Sequence record: AP018399.1 | Length of the DNA stretch: 64,000 nucleotides | Reading direction: 5' to 3' (one strand) | Part shown: positions 62,722 through 64,000 of the stretch, piece by piece | Numbering within the stretch: the stretch's first letter is position 1 | Layout of the letters: each line of letters opens with the position of its first letter | Translations under genes and position numbers: made by a program | Notes under the pieces: generated by a model | What the model was told of the DNA's origin: nothing | The model's input: only the letters and a program-made list of their open reading frames with translations | Database searches by the model: none

Positions 62722-63549
62722 TCAAATCTGGGATTGAACTAGGCGGTGGAATTCCTTCACCGCCTTTTTCCATTTCTGGGGATTCTTCTTAAAAACTGAC
62801 GCAAAGAACGGATAAGCCCCAGCGTTACGTCGCGGGTCAACTGCATCATAGAATGCCGATTGAATCTTCTCACGGTCTTTCACTCCACGAATCGAATTGA
62901 TAAAATCTGAGGCCGCTGTGGTAATCTGTGGTCCGAATTCTTCCTGACTGTTGTAGTACAGGTCTGAGTCTTCCTGACCAGCTAGACGTGCTGCGTTGGT
63001 ACCCGTCTGTGATGGGTGTAGCTTCCCTAGCGCAACGTCCTGAACCATGTGCTGCAACTCGTGGTCAACAATACCTTCAAGCGAGTGAAGCTGTTGTGGA
63101 ATCAAGTTAGGATTATAAACGGCTCGGTCAGGTTTCACCGACGCCACGTTGACATTGATAGCTGACGGGTCACCCTTCGACTTCTGGAAGTATTCGCCAT
63201 CGTTCGTATTACCTGCTGCTCGTGGACCAGCATAGAGCTTGAGTACGAAATCTTTTGTACGTATATTCTTTCTGTAGCGTTCCGGTAGCTCACTGGTACG
63301 GAATGCCACCTTGCCGCGTAGAGCCGGGTTGTTGCGGTCTAGGTTATGCAATTCAAAATCGCCGTACTTGGCTCGTGCATCCTGTAGAGCCTTTTCGAAC
63401 TCTGGACCCGGTTCCTCTCCGTCCACACGATACAAACGTGCTAGATGACTGAAATAGGCCGCTGCAACAATGCTCATGGCCTGTTGATACGTGGTAGGCG
63501 GAATCTGAATCTTGGACTCGGCTAGGAATTGGCGGAATGAAGTCTTCAT
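62722..63549 (-). CDS. HEXXH-containing protein, possibly virion-associated
   Basis: IVDHELQHMVQ; YYNS..EF; N-terminus MKTSFRQFLAE. Confidence 0.7.
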   Translation of the reverse strand: MKTSFRQFLAESKIQIPPTTYQQAMSIVAAAYFSHLARLYRVDGEEPGPEFEKALQDARAKYGDFELHNLDRNNPALRGKVAFRTSELPERYRKNIRTKDFVLKLYAGPRAAGNTNDGEYFQKSKGDPSAINVNVASVKPDRAVYNPNLIPQQLHSLEGIVDHELQHMVQDVALGKLHPSQTGTNAARLAGQEDSDLYYNSQEEFGPQITTAASDFINSIRGVKDREKIQSAFYDAVDPRRNAGAYPFFASVFKKNPQKWKKAVKEFHRLVQSQI

Positions 63550-63562
63550 CCCCATATTTATT

Positions 63563-63606
63563 CCCGGCCTGCCATCCATTTTACACTATAAATTATAAAG
63601 TGTCAA
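63563..63606 (-). repeat. conserved promoter element copy 10
   Basis: TTGACA-N17-TAAAAT-GGATGGCAGGCCGGG on minus strand, 14 nt before the 63549 start. Confidence 0.85.
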
Positions 63607-63660
63607 CAAAAAAATACCCCTTGCATTGAGGGATGCAAGGGGCTATAATTTACTTTCTTC

Positions 63661-64000
63661 TTACTTTGAAGCGATTGCAGTGAAGTAGCGGATTGGGTTC
63701 AGTAGCTTTCCGTCTCGTCTGATTTCGACGTGGACGTGAACGCCAGTGCTGATTCCCGTTCTACCAGCTTTTGCAATTTCCATACCTGCTGTCACAATGT
63801 CACCGGCCTTGACAAGCAAGCGTGAGTTGTGAGCTAGTAGCGTCGTATAACCATTCTCATGGTCAATCTCAACTACATTCCCGTATCCGTTTCGGACGCC
63901 TGAGAAGACGACACGACCGGCTGCGGGGGCCAGAACAGGTGTACCTAGCTTGGCGGCTAGGTCGATTCCGTCGTGATGACGAACTCGTCCCCTGACTGGA
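63661..64000 (-). CDS. M23-family peptidase (5' end outside window)
   Basis: Hand translation: HHDGIDLAA..GTPV.A.AAG.V..GYGN.V.IDH..L.AH..STGVHVHVE. Confidence 0.92.
   Translation of the reverse strand, partial: PVRGRVRHHDGIDLAAKLGTPVLAPAAGRVVFSGVRNGYGNVVEIDHENGYTTLLAHNSRLLVKAGDIVTAGMEIAKAGRTGISTGVHVHVEIRRDGKLLNPIRYFTAIASK

Noticed and set aside
1-64000. Genome-wide TAG reassignment
   Set aside because: Genes are intact and densely packed under code 11, and some genes end in TAG

Overview
This window is a segment of a large tailed-phage genome (jumbo myovirus-like), most plausibly infecting a gammaproteobacterium; the organisation recalls tRNA-rich Xanthomonas jumbo phages such as XacN1, which is from memory and needs a BLAST check. 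It has no rRNA, CRISPR array, transposase or structural/replication core. It falls into four zones. (1) 1-8.8 kb: small hypothetical genes, a CCA-adding enzyme and an HNH nuclease. (2) About 8.9-31.2 kb: an almost entirely minus-strand array of tiny genes, most preceded by their own near-consensus sigma70 promoter, with exact promoter-cassette duplications. It includes ArdB/KlcA-like, SprT-like, PRTase, cyclic-phosphate receiver and S4-like genes. (3) About 31.3-62.7 kb: plus-strand genes (GNAT, Gp88, OGFr-like, HD hydrolase, SPFH, deaminase, SleB-like hydrolase) interleaved from 38.7 to 58.3 kb with a very large RNA-gene complement. That complement is 29 cloverleaf tRNAs covering all 20 amino acids and including two CUA suppressors, a circularly permuted tmRNA, an approximately 800-nt GOLLD-like RNA candidate, and about 10 aberrant tRNA-scaffold RNAs. 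(4) Right end: a HEXXH protein and a partial M23 peptidase. The most unusual signals are five class-I-anticodon tRNAs (Lys, Gly, Thr, Cys, Asn) built on long-variable-arm scaffolds, a family of tRNA-shaped RNAs with rebuilt cores, rrn-like boxA leaders on phage ncRNA units, and a 10-copy promoter element with a conserved 16-nt tail, six copies of which fire against the local gene direction. All calls were made by eye, and protein family names are motif-level recognitions, not search results.
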